Assembly (NCBI GenBank): GCA_963847445.1
Contig: CAWJZV010000025.1
Location: forward strand, 64,001-128,000
Origin: an uncultured delta proteobacterium
GTDB lineage: Bacteria; Desulfobacterota; Binatia; UBA9968
DNA: 64,000 bases
Direction of reading: 5' to 3'
Of this stretch, positions 37,823-48,732 are shown one piece after another. The position numbers and the translations under genes are program-made. The notes under the pieces are model-generated. The model was not told the origin of the DNA, did no database searches, and saw nothing but the letters and a program-made list of their open reading frames with translations. Every line of letters begins with the position of its first letter. The first letter of the stretch is position 1.

Positions 37823-39541
37823 CTAAAGGTATTGCGCTGCATTGGCGTTAATTGAGGTGCCTTCGCTGCCGCGGATCGAAGCTCCGCCGCGGGTGCTGAG
37901 GTTTCCCTGGAAACGGATCACCTCGCGCATCAGGGCGGCGACATCGAGGATCAGTGCGACTCTGCCGTTGCCGAGGATCGCCGACCCGGAGATACCCGGA
38001 AGATCTCTAAACTGGTCGCCGAGGGATTTGATCACGGTTTGGCGCGCACCCTGGAGCGAATCCACGGCCAAACCGGTTTTGGCTCCGTCGAGTTCGATGA
38101 CGACGATGTTTTCGCGATGCGGACGGGGGCTGGTGAGTTCAAACCAGTTGCGTAAACGGACGTAGGGAAGTGGTTCGCCGCGCAGATTGATAACGCCTTG
38201 AGCGCGATCATGAGATCGTTCGCTAACCGGCATCTCGATGCACTCGCTAACGGCATGCATCGGCAGGACATAGGTATCCTCGCCGATGCCGACGCCAAAG
38301 CCTTCGATGATCGCCAGGGTCAATGGCAAACGGATGGTGACGGTGCTGCCATTACCCCACTCGCTGTCGATGCCCACTGAGCCGCGCAGGGCTTCGATAT
38401 TACGCCGCACCACGTCCATGCCGACGCCGCGCCCAGACATGTCGGTCACCGCTTCCGCGGTGGAAAAGCCGGGTTCGAAAATCAGACGATAAAGTTCTTG
38501 ATCGACGAGTTTTTCCGGCTCTCCCATCGTACCCATGATCTTCGCTCGTTCGATGATTTTGTTGCGGTTCAGTCCGGCACCATCGTCGCTCACTTGGATA
38601 ACGATGTTGGCGCCTTCGTGAAAGGCCTTAAGCGAAATCGTGCCGCAGGGATCCTTGCCGCGCGCTTTTCTAACCTCAGGCGGCTCGATCCCATGATCGA
38701 TGGCGTTGCGGATCATATGCGTTAGCGGGTCTTTGAGATGTTCGATGACGCTGACATCGACCTCGACGGCTTCGCCGACCAAATTGAGCAGGGCGGTCTT
38801 GCCGTGATCTTGAGCGACGTCGCGGACCGTGCGGTTGTATTGGCGAAAGGTCGGGCCCACGGGCACCATGCGCACCTTCATGATAGTCTCCTGAAGATCG
38901 AGGGAGAGCCGTTCGACTTGGTTCTGGGCTTCAAGCACTTCACTTGTTTCGCTGGCGGATTGATCGATTGCTTGGTGCAGCCGGCCTTGGGCGATGGCGA
39001 TTTCGCCGGCCAAATTGAGCATGCGGTCGAGCTTTTGGGTATCGACGCGAATCGTGCCGGCGCGCTCCATCCACGCGGTGGCGTCGGCTTGGCGCCGTCC
39101 GAAAGGGCGACGCGATGCGGCGGCGGCCTGCGAATTCCGCGCGTCGGCGAGGTCGTCCGCATTGCCGCTAGCCAATTGGTGCAGCAGCTCGACATGGTGG
39201 GTTTGCAGTTCATCGGCGCCGGCGATCGCTTCGGGCACCATCTGGCGCATTGCGTCGAGGGAGCGGAGTAAGAGGGTAATGCGCTCTCGGGTAACCGGTA
39301 ACGCGTGATTGCGAAAGCGCTGGAGCATTTCTTCGAAGCCATGAGCGAAGGCGGCGACTTTGGGATAACCCAGACTTGCCGAGTTGCCTTTGAGGGTATG
39401 CGCACCGCGAAAAATCGCTTCCAGCAGTTTGTCGTCATCCGGGTTGGCTTCCAGAGCGACGAGGGCTTCTTCCATTTTCGCAAAATGCTCGTCGCACTCG
39501 GCCAAGTAGGTTTGTAGGATCGCTTCGAGATCTAATTCCAT
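37823..39541 (-). CDS. cheA: Chemotaxis histidine kinase CheA (no P2 domain)
   Basis: Hpt FRGAHTLKG, IRNAIDHGIE, GFSTA..SGRGVGMDVV and CheW-like P5 domain. Confidence 0.95.
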   Translation of the reverse strand: MELDLEAILQTYLAECDEHFAKMEEALVALEANPDDDKLLEAIFRGAHTLKGNSASLGYPKVAAFAHGFEEMLQRFRNHALPVTRERITLLLRSLDAMRQMVPEAIAGADELQTHHVELLHQLASGNADDLADARNSQAAAASRRPFGRRQADATAWMERAGTIRVDTQKLDRMLNLAGEIAIAQGRLHQAIDQSASETSEVLEAQNQVERLSLDLQETIMKVRMVPVGPTFRQYNRTVRDVAQDHGKTALLNLVGEAVEVDVSVIEHLKDPLTHMIRNAIDHGIEPPEVRKARGKDPCGTISLKAFHEGANIVIQVSDDGAGLNRNKIIERAKIMGTMGEPEKLVDQELYRLIFEPGFSTAEAVTDMSGRGVGMDVVRRNIEALRGSVGIDSEWGNGSTVTIRLPLTLAIIEGFGVGIGEDTYVLPMHAVSECIEMPVSERSHDRAQGVINLRGEPLPYVRLRNWFELTSPRPHRENIVVIELDGAKTGLAVDSLQGARQTVIKSLGDQFRDLPGISGSAILGNGRVALILDVAALMREVIRFQGNLSTRGGASIRGSEGTSINANAAQYL

Positions 39542-39548
39542 AATCGTT

Positions 39549-40079
39549 CTACAGAGGTTTGACCCAGGCCGTGCCGTCGTCGGTGTGGAAGATCACCTTG
39601 CGGCCGCGCTGGCCGCCGACATCGTGACCCACCAGCGGGATCGCCTCGGACTCCAGCAGGTCGCGGGCGACCTCGATGTTTTTCGTTCCGAGACGATGTT
39701 CGCGGTTGCGAAAGGCCTCGAGCACACACGCGCCGCCGAACATCTTGGCCAAGAGATTATGTTTTTGGCAGCCCAACTGGGCCAGCTGGTCGAGCAGCGC
39801 GCCAATGGCGATGTTGCCGAAGCGCGGCGATGCGATGCCTTCGCCGCTGAAGCTCGGTAACAAAAAGTGGTTGATGCCGCCGATCTGGGTGACCGGGTCC
39901 CATAGGCAAACCGCGACGCAGGAACCAAGTATGGTGGTTACCGCGTAGCGGTCGGCGGAGACAAACAGCTGGCCTGGGTGCAGATAGGCGGTTGCACGTT
40001 CGGTTGCCTGCTTCGGTGGCGACAATGGCCCTCGGGCGCTGTGAGGTTGCGCTGATGGATTGGCCATGAACTTATTCAA
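39549..40079 (-). CDS. cheD: Chemoreceptor glutamine deamidase CheD
   Basis: TILGSCVAVCLWD..GGINHFLLP, AKMFGGA and DVGGQRGR. Confidence 0.93.
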   Translation of the reverse strand: MNKFMANPSAQPHSARGPLSPPKQATERATAYLHPGQLFVSADRYAVTTILGSCVAVCLWDPVTQIGGINHFLLPSFSGEGIASPRFGNIAIGALLDQLAQLGCQKHNLLAKMFGGACVLEAFRNREHRLGTKNIEVARDLLESEAIPLVGHDVGGQRGRKVIFHTDDGTAWVKPL

Positions 40080-40448
40080 TCGCCGAGGAGATCGTGCACC
40101 TTGGCGATCAGTTCCATGCTGTCGATGGGCTTGACGATATAGTCGCTACAACCGCTGGCGTAGCCGGTCTCGATACTGTCGGCTTCGGCTTGAGTGGTGA
40201 CCATGACGATTGGCACGGAACTAGTCCGTTGGTTACGGCGCAGCTCGCGCAGACGCTTCAAAGCCGCCCATCCTCGGCATGACGACGTCCAACAGAATCA
40301 GATCTGGATTGGTTTCGAGCGCACGCGCGACGCCCTCAACGCCATCGCGCGCAATCACTAACTCATAGGGCTCGTTAGCGAGAATCATTTGTTCCATCTG
40401 CAGGATGGTTTCCGAGTCATCGACGATTAATATTTTTCGCGCTGCCAT
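40076..40448 (-). CDS. CheY-like response regulator (frameshift near 40260)
   Basis: ILIVDDS, LILLDVVMP, VMVTT and YIVKP. Confidence 0.85.
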
Positions 40449-40550
40449 GGCTTTTGCGCCTTTCGTTTTTGCCGGGAATTTTAGCCGTCCGGCTACAGTT
40501 GAACTGGTCCCCATCGGCACTCGTAAACGTCCCAAGAGGTGAAAGTTGCG

Positions 40551-40566
40551 AGCAAGATGGTTGCCA
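40551..40566 (-). promoter_or_regulatory. sigma54 (-24/-12) promoter of the che operon
   Basis: Minus strand TGGCAACCATCTTGCT, with GG-N10-GC spacing, ~100 bp upstream of the first gene. Confidence 0.65.
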
Positions 40567-40828
40567 GTCGCGAAACTATTAGAAAGAAAGGAAAACTTCG
40601 GAGCAATTCAACGAATTTTGCTGCCGTTGGGGCACAACTCTGTACAGGAGTGAACAGATGGCGTAGGCGATCGCTCAATCAACTCGACAGCTTCGAAATC
40701 GTCGCGCTTTTCCATCGGTGGCTGGTTTCGGTGCCAAAACGGCCAATTACGGCCAAACGCACTTTGAGTGGTGTGGCAGGATTACGCCATCCTTTGGTTT
40801 TGTTGGGGTTTAGACCGCGTCGAGGGGA

Positions 40829-40844
40829 TGGCATGTATTTGGCT
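40829..40844 (+). promoter_or_regulatory. Possible sigma54 promoter of the coiled-coil/KaiC operon
   Basis: TGGCATGTATTTGGCT, with GG-N10-GC spacing. Confidence 0.45.
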
Positions 40845-40919
40845 TTGTGAAGGCCGAAGACATTTTTCAATCGAGGTAGAACTGCGCCCGGCAATGGCGA
40901 AGGGCGAGGAGCGAGATTC

Positions 40920-42693
40920 GTGGCGAACGAGAAAAACGATCAACCGTTCGGTGGCCAAACGATCGGCCCCGCCAACGGCAAAGACGTGTTGTATGGTTGG
41001 CTGGTCGGCCGCGCCGCTGCCGATCTTGGGTTAGCGCAAGCGATCGCCTCTAGCGAAGCGCAACGGGTTGAACAGATCCGGCGCCTAGAAGAAGCGCTGC
41101 TCGGGCAAATGCGCGAGCTGCAAAACAGCCAAGCCGCCGCCGGGTCAGCTAGCGACAGCGCTGATGTCGACCTGCTACAAGATCAAGTCCAGCAATTTAT
41201 CGAACGGCAAAATGGGCTGGAAGCACAACAACTGACGAGCAGCCGGATCGAAAGCGAGCTAGCGGCTAAAATTCGCGAGTTGGAAGCTTTTATCGAGCAG
41301 CCGCCAACGGCCATTGCCAACCCCGAAGTCTGCGCGTTGCGTGCGCAGGTGGCTGAGCTGGTGGAACGCATCACCGATGCCGAGGCGGCCGCAAGCCGCG
41401 GACCTATACCAGTCGATACGCGGTTGGCGCAAGAGCAAATTGCGCTAGCCGTGCGCGAACAGACCGAAGCGCTGGAAAGCTCTTGGCAAAAAAAGCTCGA
41501 TGGCCTGCAACAGGAAATCCGCGAAAAAGCGGCGTTGCTGCGCCTGCGCGATGGCGAGCTGACCGATGTGCGGGTGCAACTCGCCGGCGTGACGAAACGG
41601 CTTGATTATGTGGCGGCAACGCCACCGTCGGAAGTCAGTGCGAGCGAACGGGAAGCGGAGCGGGCGCTGTGGCAGCGCGACTTTGACGAGCGCTTGACCG
41701 CCCGGTTGCGCGAGTTGGGCGACGAAATTCGCGACAAGCTCCATGGCGTCACCAGCGCCAAGGTCGATCAAGAACAATTTCGCGGCGAGACCCTGGCATT
41801 GACGGCGCGTATCGCTCAGCTGGAACAGTCCCATCAAAATGCCAGCGCCGGCGCGGCCTCTGAAGCACGCGACGCTTATCAAGCCACGGTGGCTTTGCGC
41901 GAGGAGATCGCCGCATTGAAATCCACATTGCTCGAACAGCAAGGCGCACTGCCCAACGAGGCCCTGGTGCGTAGCGTCGAAGCGATGCTACGCGAGCAAA
42001 TTCACGAAGTGCATAAGCAGATCGCGCAGCACCAGCGCGGGACCATTGAATCGGAAAACCAATTCCAAGAATTGCGCGGTGATATCCAGACGCTGATACA
42101 GCGCCAAGTCCAAGCGGAGACCTTTGCCCAGCAGACTCATGCGCTGGTGACGCAAGAGACCGCGCAGATTCGCGGCGCTGTCAAAGCCGACATGGCGGCG
42201 CTCGAAGCGCAATTGAACGAACGGCGCGCGCGCGATGCCGCGCTTTCCGGTGTGGAAGAGACCGTGAATGTGCGCCTGCGCGAGCTGCACAATCAGGTGG
42301 CCCAGGGCATGTTGGCGCTCGACCGACGCGACGGTGAGTTGCGCGAACTCAAAACTCAGCTACAAACTCTCGCTCAACGGGTCGGCGATAATGGTTTGCC
42401 GCCGCCGCTGGCGTCAGTGAGCCGCCCCGATGGATTGACCGAGGGCGGCGCGGCGGCGCCGTTAGGCGAGTTCGCTGCCAGTGCTGCCACCGGTCGAACT
42501 GCGCACGGTGGTAACTTCGGGGAGCATGGATAGCGGGGCTAATTTGCTTCAGCCGGCGCTGTCCGGCGACGGCCTCATGACCGATCCGGTCAAAGTGCCG
42601 GCCATCGATTTACATGACCGCTTGTCCGCGGAGATCGAGCGCAAACGCGCCGAGCTGCGCGAAAAGAGCGGCCGCTGGAAAGTGCGGCAGTAG
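40920..42693 (+). CDS. Long coiled-coil protein (frameshift near 42470)
   Basis: RBS GAGGAG, heptad-rich E/Q/R/L/A sequence. The C-terminus continues in ORF 42481..42693. Confidence 0.75.
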
Positions 42694-42808
42694 CCGCCGG
42701 CCCAGGCGTGGCGACCGGCGAGCGCCGGTTCGACTTTCACGCGAGAAGGAAAATCGCCGGCGCCGCAGCAGATAAATTTACTGCAACCGTCCGAAAGAAT
42801 GATGGGTC

Positions 42809-43525
42809 ATGGTCAACGGGAATAGGGTGCCCACCGGAATCGTCGAACTCGATGCGCTGATCGAAGGCGGTTTGCGGGCCGGTAAAACTTATCTCGTCGT
42901 CGGCGAGCCGGGCACGGGCAAGTCGGTTTTCGGTTTGCAGTTTCTCGTCAACGGTTTGATGGAAAAAGAGAAAGGACTCTACGTCGCCATTGACGAAAAG
43001 CCCGCCGACGTGCTCGAACAGGCGGCGTCCTTGGGCTGGGACCTGGCGCCGTTTATCGAGTCCAAGGAGTTCGTCATTCTCGATGCTTCGGCATACTTTA
43101 GCAGCAGCAGCGACACGCAGAAGAAAATCGACGTGCAACGCGTCGTCACCGATCTTAACGCATACATCGCGCGCATGGGCGCCACCCGCGTGGTGATCGA
43201 TCCGGTGGGACCGCTTTTGTTCAACCGCGAAGCGACCTCGCGGGCGCCGGATCAGGCGCGCACGCTGTTCTACGGCCTCCAGGCCAACGGCAATACCACC
43301 AATCTCCTAACCACCTATTCCGTCGAACGCAATGTCCGCGGTCTCGAGGAGTATCTCGTCGCCGGCACCATCGTTCTAGAAATGGAGTTGGCCAAGAGCC
43401 GCTTCGTGCGCACCTTGACCATTGAAAAAATGCGCAGCACGGCGCTGGAGCCGGCACAGTATTTATTCAAAATCGTTGCCGACCGCGGCATTGTCCTACA
43501 AGGATTGAGCAACGCCGCCGGCTGA
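42809..43525 (+). CDS. Single-domain KaiC/RAD55-like RecA-superfamily ATPase
   Basis: RVPTGIVELDALIEGG, GEPGTGKS, RVVIDP and IEKMRST. Confidence 0.88.
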   Translation: MVNGNRVPTGIVELDALIEGGLRAGKTYLVVGEPGTGKSVFGLQFLVNGLMEKEKGLYVAIDEKPADVLEQAASLGWDLAPFIESKEFVILDASAYFSSSSDTQKKIDVQRVVTDLNAYIARMGATRVVIDPVGPLLFNREATSRAPDQARTLFYGLQANGNTTNLLTTYSVERNVRGLEEYLVAGTIVLEMELAKSRFVRTLTIEKMRSTALEPAQYLFKIVADRGIVLQGLSNAAG

Positions 43526-44445
43526 CCAGGTTGCCGCGGCCGGATTGCCTGTCATAGAGAGAGCCATGAAATTCCGTTCCTGGCTGATTGCCCATGGGTT
43601 GCATTTCCGACATTTCCTGCCGCCGCTGATCGGCGCCGCTACGTTGTCTCCTACGTCTTGCACTCACCTGCATCTGCAATTGGACGTTGGCGAAACGCCA
43701 CTCGCCTAAGCGCTGCAGGGCTTGCAGCTAAGCTACTTCATTGATCGAGACGCGCCGGTTCAAGGTTCAACAAGCAGGCAGACTCCGGTGTTTGCCATTT
43801 AATTAATTCATCTGTGCGTAGCGACTCGAAGGTGAACCAGCCGCACAGGCTAGTTGCGGTCAAAGATAATTCTCAGACGCATAAACCAGACATGAAAGCG
43901 CCATCGTCCGGCGCCGTCATTTGCGCTTCAATCTAGAGTTCGGCGAAGCCATCGGTGCTCTAAACGTCGCTCGCCAATGTGCGCGCCATGGTGACCGACC
44001 ATTGATTCGGTATATTTCCGATTCAAAGCTAAGGCGCTCGCTACTTTTTCCGGTGATTTTTGAGCTTATCCATCGGACTATTTTCTGATCGAAGGATTGT
44101 CGACAATTGCAATCAAACTTAACAACGGGGAACTCTTCACAAGTGGCATCGGTGTTTTTTTCGATGGCCGCGTCCTTGGGTCGCGGTACCCGATGCATTT
44201 ATGCCGGTAGTTACCGAATCGATCCTAGAGGAAGGGCTTATGCGACGGTTACGATCGCTCATTGTTGTCAATCTCGGGAGACGTTTTTTAGAAACAACCG
44301 AAAACCCACTCCACGTGCGGGCCGCGCGCAAATCTGCCTGCCTAACCCTCGGGTAGTTGATAAGGATGGTTAGGAAGCGGCCTCTCACCGGAACGATAGA
44401 ATGCCCTGCCACAGTGGCGTTCCCAGCCATCGATGACCAGCCGTC

Positions 44446-44532
44446 CTACCAGCGCCCAACCAGCACTCCCACGGCAAAGACAAAAAGAATGCTGACGATC
44501 GGCCAGCCAATAATTTCAATCAAGCGCGTCAT
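44446..44532 (-). CDS. Putative 28-aa single-TM small protein
   Basis: MTRLIEIIGWPIVSILFVFAVGVLVGRW*, with RBS AAGGA 7 nt upstream. Confidence 0.5.
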   Translation of the reverse strand: MTRLIEIIGWPIVSILFVFAVGVLVGRW

Positions 44533-44602
44533 AGCTTAGTCCTTCGTTAGCTGCCGGCAAATCTCCACCCGGTCGTGAAACGCCGCACTGGCTGCTTGCC
44601 GT

Positions 44603-45478
44603 CTAACAGATTACTTTCTCCGCCAAATGACAGAGACAGCCAAAAAATCGCACTGAGCTTCCATCCGCAGCAGCGGCGCGTCGTACCGAGATTTTCTTCG
44701 TTTCGAAGCTGCGCTGAAATCTCAGATAAAAGGTTGTGCCCTTGCCGGGTTCGCTGCGGTAGGCAATTGTCCCGCCATGGATTTCGACGATATGCCGGGT
44801 GATCGCTAAGCCGAGGCCCATGCCCCGTGGCTTCGATGTGGTAAACGGTTGAAAAGCGTCCAACTCGGGCGGAATGCCGGCGCCGGTGTCGGCAATTTCG
44901 AGCCCCACCGAGCCTGCGCGCGCGCTGGTCCTGACGGTCAAGACTCCCCCGTCCGGCATGGCGTCCGCAGCATTGCGGAAAAGATTGACGAACACCTGTC
45001 TGAGCAGTTTTTCGTCGGCCTGGAGCGCCGGCAGGGCAGCGGCGCTGTCCATGTCGACACGAACGCCGCTGGCGGCAAACCGCGCCGCGTCACTTTGAAC
45101 GACGTCGACGATCAGCGAATTCAAGTCGACCGAGTCCCACGAAGGGTTGATTTGCCAGAGGCTCTCTAGCTGGGACCGTAACGAAGCGACCAGCGAGATC
45201 AATTGATCGACCCCGCCTTTTAGTTCTTGGAGCATCTTGCCGGCGAAGGGATCGCCATAACCGGTGGTCTTGGGCATGTGCGTATCCATCATGTCAGCGG
45301 CCCAGTAAACCGTTTGTAGGGGGGTGTTAATCTCGTGGATGAAGTGCGCCAGGCCGATGCGCAGCGCGTCCGTCGAGACCGTCGCGGCCGACTTCGCCCG
45401 CGATTCGTTTGATTCCGGCGCACCCGCAGACTGGCAAAAATTACCGTGATGTTTCGCTTCCGTCATTCTCGCATGCAT
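44603..45478 (-). CDS. Cytoplasmic histidine kinase without a sensor domain
   Basis: H-box HEINTPL, N-box [41 protein letters not shown]. Confidence 0.85.
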   Translation of the reverse strand: MHARMTEAKHHGNFCQSAGAPESNESRAKSAATVSTDALRIGLAHFIHEINTPLQTVYWAADMMDTHMPKTTGYGDPFAGKMLQELKGGVDQLISLVASLRSQLESLWQINPSWDSVDLNSLIVDVVQSDAARFAASGVRVDMDSAAALPALQADEKLLRQVFVNLFRNAADAMPDGGVLTVRTSARAGSVGLEIADTGAGIPPELDAFQPFTTSKPRGMGLGLAITRHIVEIHGGTIAYRSEPGKGTTFYLRFQRSFETKKISVRRAAAADGSSVRFFGCLCHLAEKVIC

Positions 45479-45782
45479 TGGCAGGACTCCTTGCATGGGC
45501 CGCGAACATTTGAGGTACTCTGTATATGGAATAACAAAGTAGTGGACTAGTGGGAAATCGATGATTCTGCCGTAGTCTTTCACCTTGCGCGTTTGTCATC
45601 ATTTTAACGACACAAGAGTGCCTTGGCGTTAACCGCGCTGGCTGGAGGGCAAGAGCCCGAAGCCGTGATCTGGGCGAGCTTCACGGCGAGGGGTGATCTC
45701 CCTGGCGGGGAAATTTAAACTACCCGCGGCTCGAAGCCGAGGGATTTCGATGCGTCGACTCGAACGCGATTGGCTCTATCTC

Positions 45783-45890
45783 GTCTTTCCCGCGAACGCG
45801 GGAATCCCGGTTTTGCATTTTCCCACCCAAGTCACCCTGGGATGCCTGCCGGATCGGGTCCGGGGGCAGGCACTGCGTCGGCGTGAGGAA
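45783..45890. repeat. REP-like palindromic element
   Basis: GTCT-TTCCCGCG-aa-CGCGGGAA-TCC hairpin, followed by a TGCCTGCC...GGCAGGCA hairpin. Confidence 0.6.
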
Positions 45891-46016
45891 CTTCTCTTCG
45901 CCTCAAGCAAGCCCTGAGCGTGCTGAGCCGGGCCGACGGACAAGGGCGAGGGATTGCAACCATCCCTGAGAGGACATTAGAATCGCCGTCCGGGCTGGGC
46001 CGGCCAATGCCAGCGG

Positions 46017-46652
46017 TTAGTCGTCGAAGAGCTTATTGGCGATCGCGTATTGGACCAGTTGCGCGTTACTCTTGAAATTAAACTTTTGCAGCAAGCGGGC
46101 GCGATAGGTGCTGACGGTGCGCGGGCTGATGCAGAGCTGGAGGCAAATATCTCTCGGCGCGATTCCCTGGACGATCAGTTTCAGCACTTCGAATTCCCGG
46201 TCGGAGAGCAGTTCATGGGCCGGCTTTTCCGCTCCAGGTTGCAGTTGCGCTAGCGCTTTCTCGGCGATCGACTCGCTGATGTATTTTTTGCCCTGCAGCA
46301 GTCTGGTCAGAGCGCCGATCAATTCTTCCGGCGTGCGACTCTTGGTGAAATAGCCGGAGGCGCCGGCCTTGAGCATGCGCAGAGCATACTGCTCCTCGGC
46401 GTAACCGCTCAAGACGAGCACCGGTAGTTTGGGATAAGCGAGCCGAACTTCCTTTAAAAATTCCAGGCCGCTCTTGCCCGGTAAGTTAATGTCCAGCACC
46501 ACGGCGTCCCAACGTTCTTTACGCAGCAATTCGGCCGCCCGGCTGGCGTCTCCGGCTTCGCCGAAATCGGTAAAGTTGCGGTTGCCGGCCAGAATGTCGC
46601 GCACACCGCGGCGATAAATCGGATGATCTTCGACGATTAAGATTCTGGCCAT
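46017..46652 (-). CDS. NarL/LuxR-family response regulator
   Basis: ILIVEDHP, VLDINLPG and LSDREFEV LuxR HTH. Confidence 0.93.
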   Translation of the reverse strand: MARILIVEDHPIYRRGVRDILAGNRNFTDFGEAGDASRAAELLRKERWDAVVLDINLPGKSGLEFLKEVRLAYPKLPVLVLSGYAEEQYALRMLKAGASGYFTKSRTPEELIGALTRLLQGKKYISESIAEKALAQLQPGAEKPAHELLSDREFEVLKLIVQGIAPRDICLQLCISPRTVSTYRARLLQKFNFKSNAQLVQYAIANKLFDD

Positions 46653-46656
46653 GGCA

Positions 46657-48723
46657 CTAAGCTTTTCTCGAGAGCGGTATTTCGACAATCACCGTGGCGC
46701 CGTGAAGGGGCCGGCTCTCGAAGCGAACATGGCCGCCGAAGGCGTAGGCGCGCTCTTGCACGCCGAAGAGACCGAAAGAACGGTCATTCATGGCCGCCTC
46801 GGGGTCGAAGCCGATGCCGTTGTCCTGGACGTCGAGCAACACCTTGCCGCCGTCGATCTGTAAGCCAATGTGAACCTTGGTGGCCTTGGCATGACGCGCC
46901 ACATTGGTGAGAGTCTCTTGCAAAATGCGGTAGAGCGCAGTCGACATCGCCTGATCCAAATCAACTTCCTCGGGCAACCTGGTGACGCACTGGATGGCAG
47001 TTCGCCGCTGAAATTCCGCGGTTTGCCACTCGATGGCCGCCACCAGGCCAAAATCATCCAATAGGCGGGGCCGCAAGAGACTAGCCGTTCGTCGCACCGA
47101 CTCGACAGAGTTGTCGATCAGATCCGACATCACTCGCGCCTTTTCTTCAACCCCATCGACGCTCTTAGGGAGCCGCGCCATGATCCAGTGAAGATCGACT
47201 TTTAGCGCGGTGAATGCGGCGCCGAACTCGTCATGAAGCTCGCGCGCCAGCTGCGCGCGCTCTTCTTCCTGGAGTTCGTGCACACGCTCGGCGAGGGCCC
47301 TGAGCTGCTCTCGCGATGCTCTCAGCTCGGCGGTTCGCGCCGCGACTTGCCGTTCCAGATCCTCGGCAAACTCGCGCAGTTGGTCCTCGGCGCGTTTACG
47401 TTTGCTAATATTCTCGACCACAGAGATGAAATAAAGCGGCACCTGGGTTCGCGCCTCACGAACGAGAGATGTCGTCACGTTGACCCAAACCGCTGAACCA
47501 TCGCTGCGGATATAGCGCTTTTCCATCGCGTAGGTCTCGATCTCCCCAGCCAGTGCTCGCCGCAGCAAGGCCAGATTGGCGCTGACATCATCGGCATGAG
47601 TGATATCTTGGAAAGTCTTAGCCAGTAACTGTTCCCGGCGATAGCCGACAATTTGACAGAACTTGTCGTTCACTCTTAGCCATCGCCCGTCCGGCGCCAC
47701 ATGAGCGATTCCGACAGCGACATTCTCGAAGGTCGACCGGAAACGCTCCTCGCTCTCGCGCAGCGCCTGCTCGGCATGCTTGCTCTCGGTGATGTCAAAA
47801 TCGACGCCGGCGAAACGGATCGCTGCGCCGGCGTCGTTATAGATATAACGCGCAAACGGCGCGAGCCAACGAATCTCGCCGTTGTCGGCGCGAATAATTC
47901 GATGCTCGGGGTTATACAAACCCTGTGTCTCTAGAGCAGACTTCCGCGCCGCCATGACGCGATCGAGATCATCGGGATGAATGCGCGAGCGCCACATCTC
48001 CCAGTTAGGCGGGCCGTTGCTCGGATCAAATCCCATTATTTGATAATGCCGCCGGTTCCACACCGTTACCCCAGTTTTCAATTCCACGTCCCAGGTCCCC
48101 ATGCCGGCGCCGTCAACCGCTAACCGCAGCCGCTCTTCGTTGTCGCGCAACGCCTGCTCTGCCCGGTTGCGCTCGGTGATGTCGATGATCGCGCTGCGGT
48201 AGTGGCAAGCAGCCGAAACGCCGTCGCGGATGCCGATGGTTTCCATTCTCGCTGCGACGGTCTTACCGTCCGCCCGGCGCAGGCGCAGATCGCACTCCTG
48301 GCGCACGTCAGCGCCGAGCACGGCGTGCTGGTGCAGGTAGAGGGCGTCCTGCGCATCGCGGGCGACAAAGCGGGTGAATTTGCCGCCGACGAGTTTGTCC
48401 CGTTCGACGCCGAGCATCGTCGCCAATGTCAGATTGGCCTCCAGCACGGTGCCGTCGGGATCGAGGGTTACGTAGCCGACGGGCGCGAAGTCGTAGAGAT
48501 GATTGAAGCGGTCGCGCGACTGGGCCAGATCCCCCTGGGCCAGTCGCAGTTCCTCGTTCTGCATCTCCAGCTCGATCTGATGGACCTGGAGTTCGTGCAC
48601 CAGTCGCTGCTTTTCCTCCGGTGACATCCGGGCGATGTCGGTGCGGCTGACGCGCATGGCCGCCTCCGCCCGCTGTCGCAGGGGGGTTGGTTTCGCTGGA
48701 GTGGTGCGTTTCTTCGGCATGGC
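46657..48723 (-). CDS. Multi-PAS sensor histidine kinase (HisKA_3)
   Basis: Three PAS/PAC domains, ARELHDEFG, QETLTNVARHA and DNGIGF. Confidence 0.92.
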   Translation of the reverse strand, partial: AMPKKRTTPAKPTPLRQRAEAAMRVSRTDIARMSPEEKQRLVHELQVHQIELEMQNEELRLAQGDLAQSRDRFNHLYDFAPVGYVTLDPDGTVLEANLTLATMLGVERDKLVGGKFTRFVARDAQDALYLHQHAVLGADVRQECDLRLRRADGKTVAARMETIGIRDGVSAACHYRSAIIDITERNRAEQALRDNEERLRLAVDGAGMGTWDVELKTGVTVWNRRHYQIMGFDPSNGPPNWEMWRSRIHPDDLDRVMAARKSALETQGLYNPEHRIIRADNGEIRWLAPFARYIYNDAGAAIRFAGVDFDITESKHAEQALRESEERFRSTFENVAVGIAHVAPDGRWLRVNDKFCQIVGYRREQLLAKTFQDITHADDVSANLALLRRALAGEIETYAMEKRYIRSDGSAVWVNVTTSLVREARTQVPLYFISVVENISKRKRAEDQLREFAEDLERQVAARTAELRASREQLRALAERVHELQEEERAQLARELHDEFGAAFTALKVDLHWIMARLPKSVDGVEEKARVMSDLIDNSVESVRRTASLLRPRLLDDFGLVAAIEWQTAEFQRRTAIQCVTRLPEEVDLDQAMSTALYRILQETLTNVARHAKATKVHIGLQIDGGKVLLDVQDNGIGFDPEAAMNDRSFGLFGVQERAYAFGGHVRFESRPLHGATVIVEIPLSRKA

Positions 48724-48732
48724 AAGAGTCAC

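Noticed and set aside
42809-43525. Circadian clock kaiC
   Set aside because: Single domain, and no kaiA or kaiB in the window.
43566-43709. 47-aa ORF after the KaiC-like gene
   Set aside because: No recognisable features and the frame is unreliable given the indel rate.
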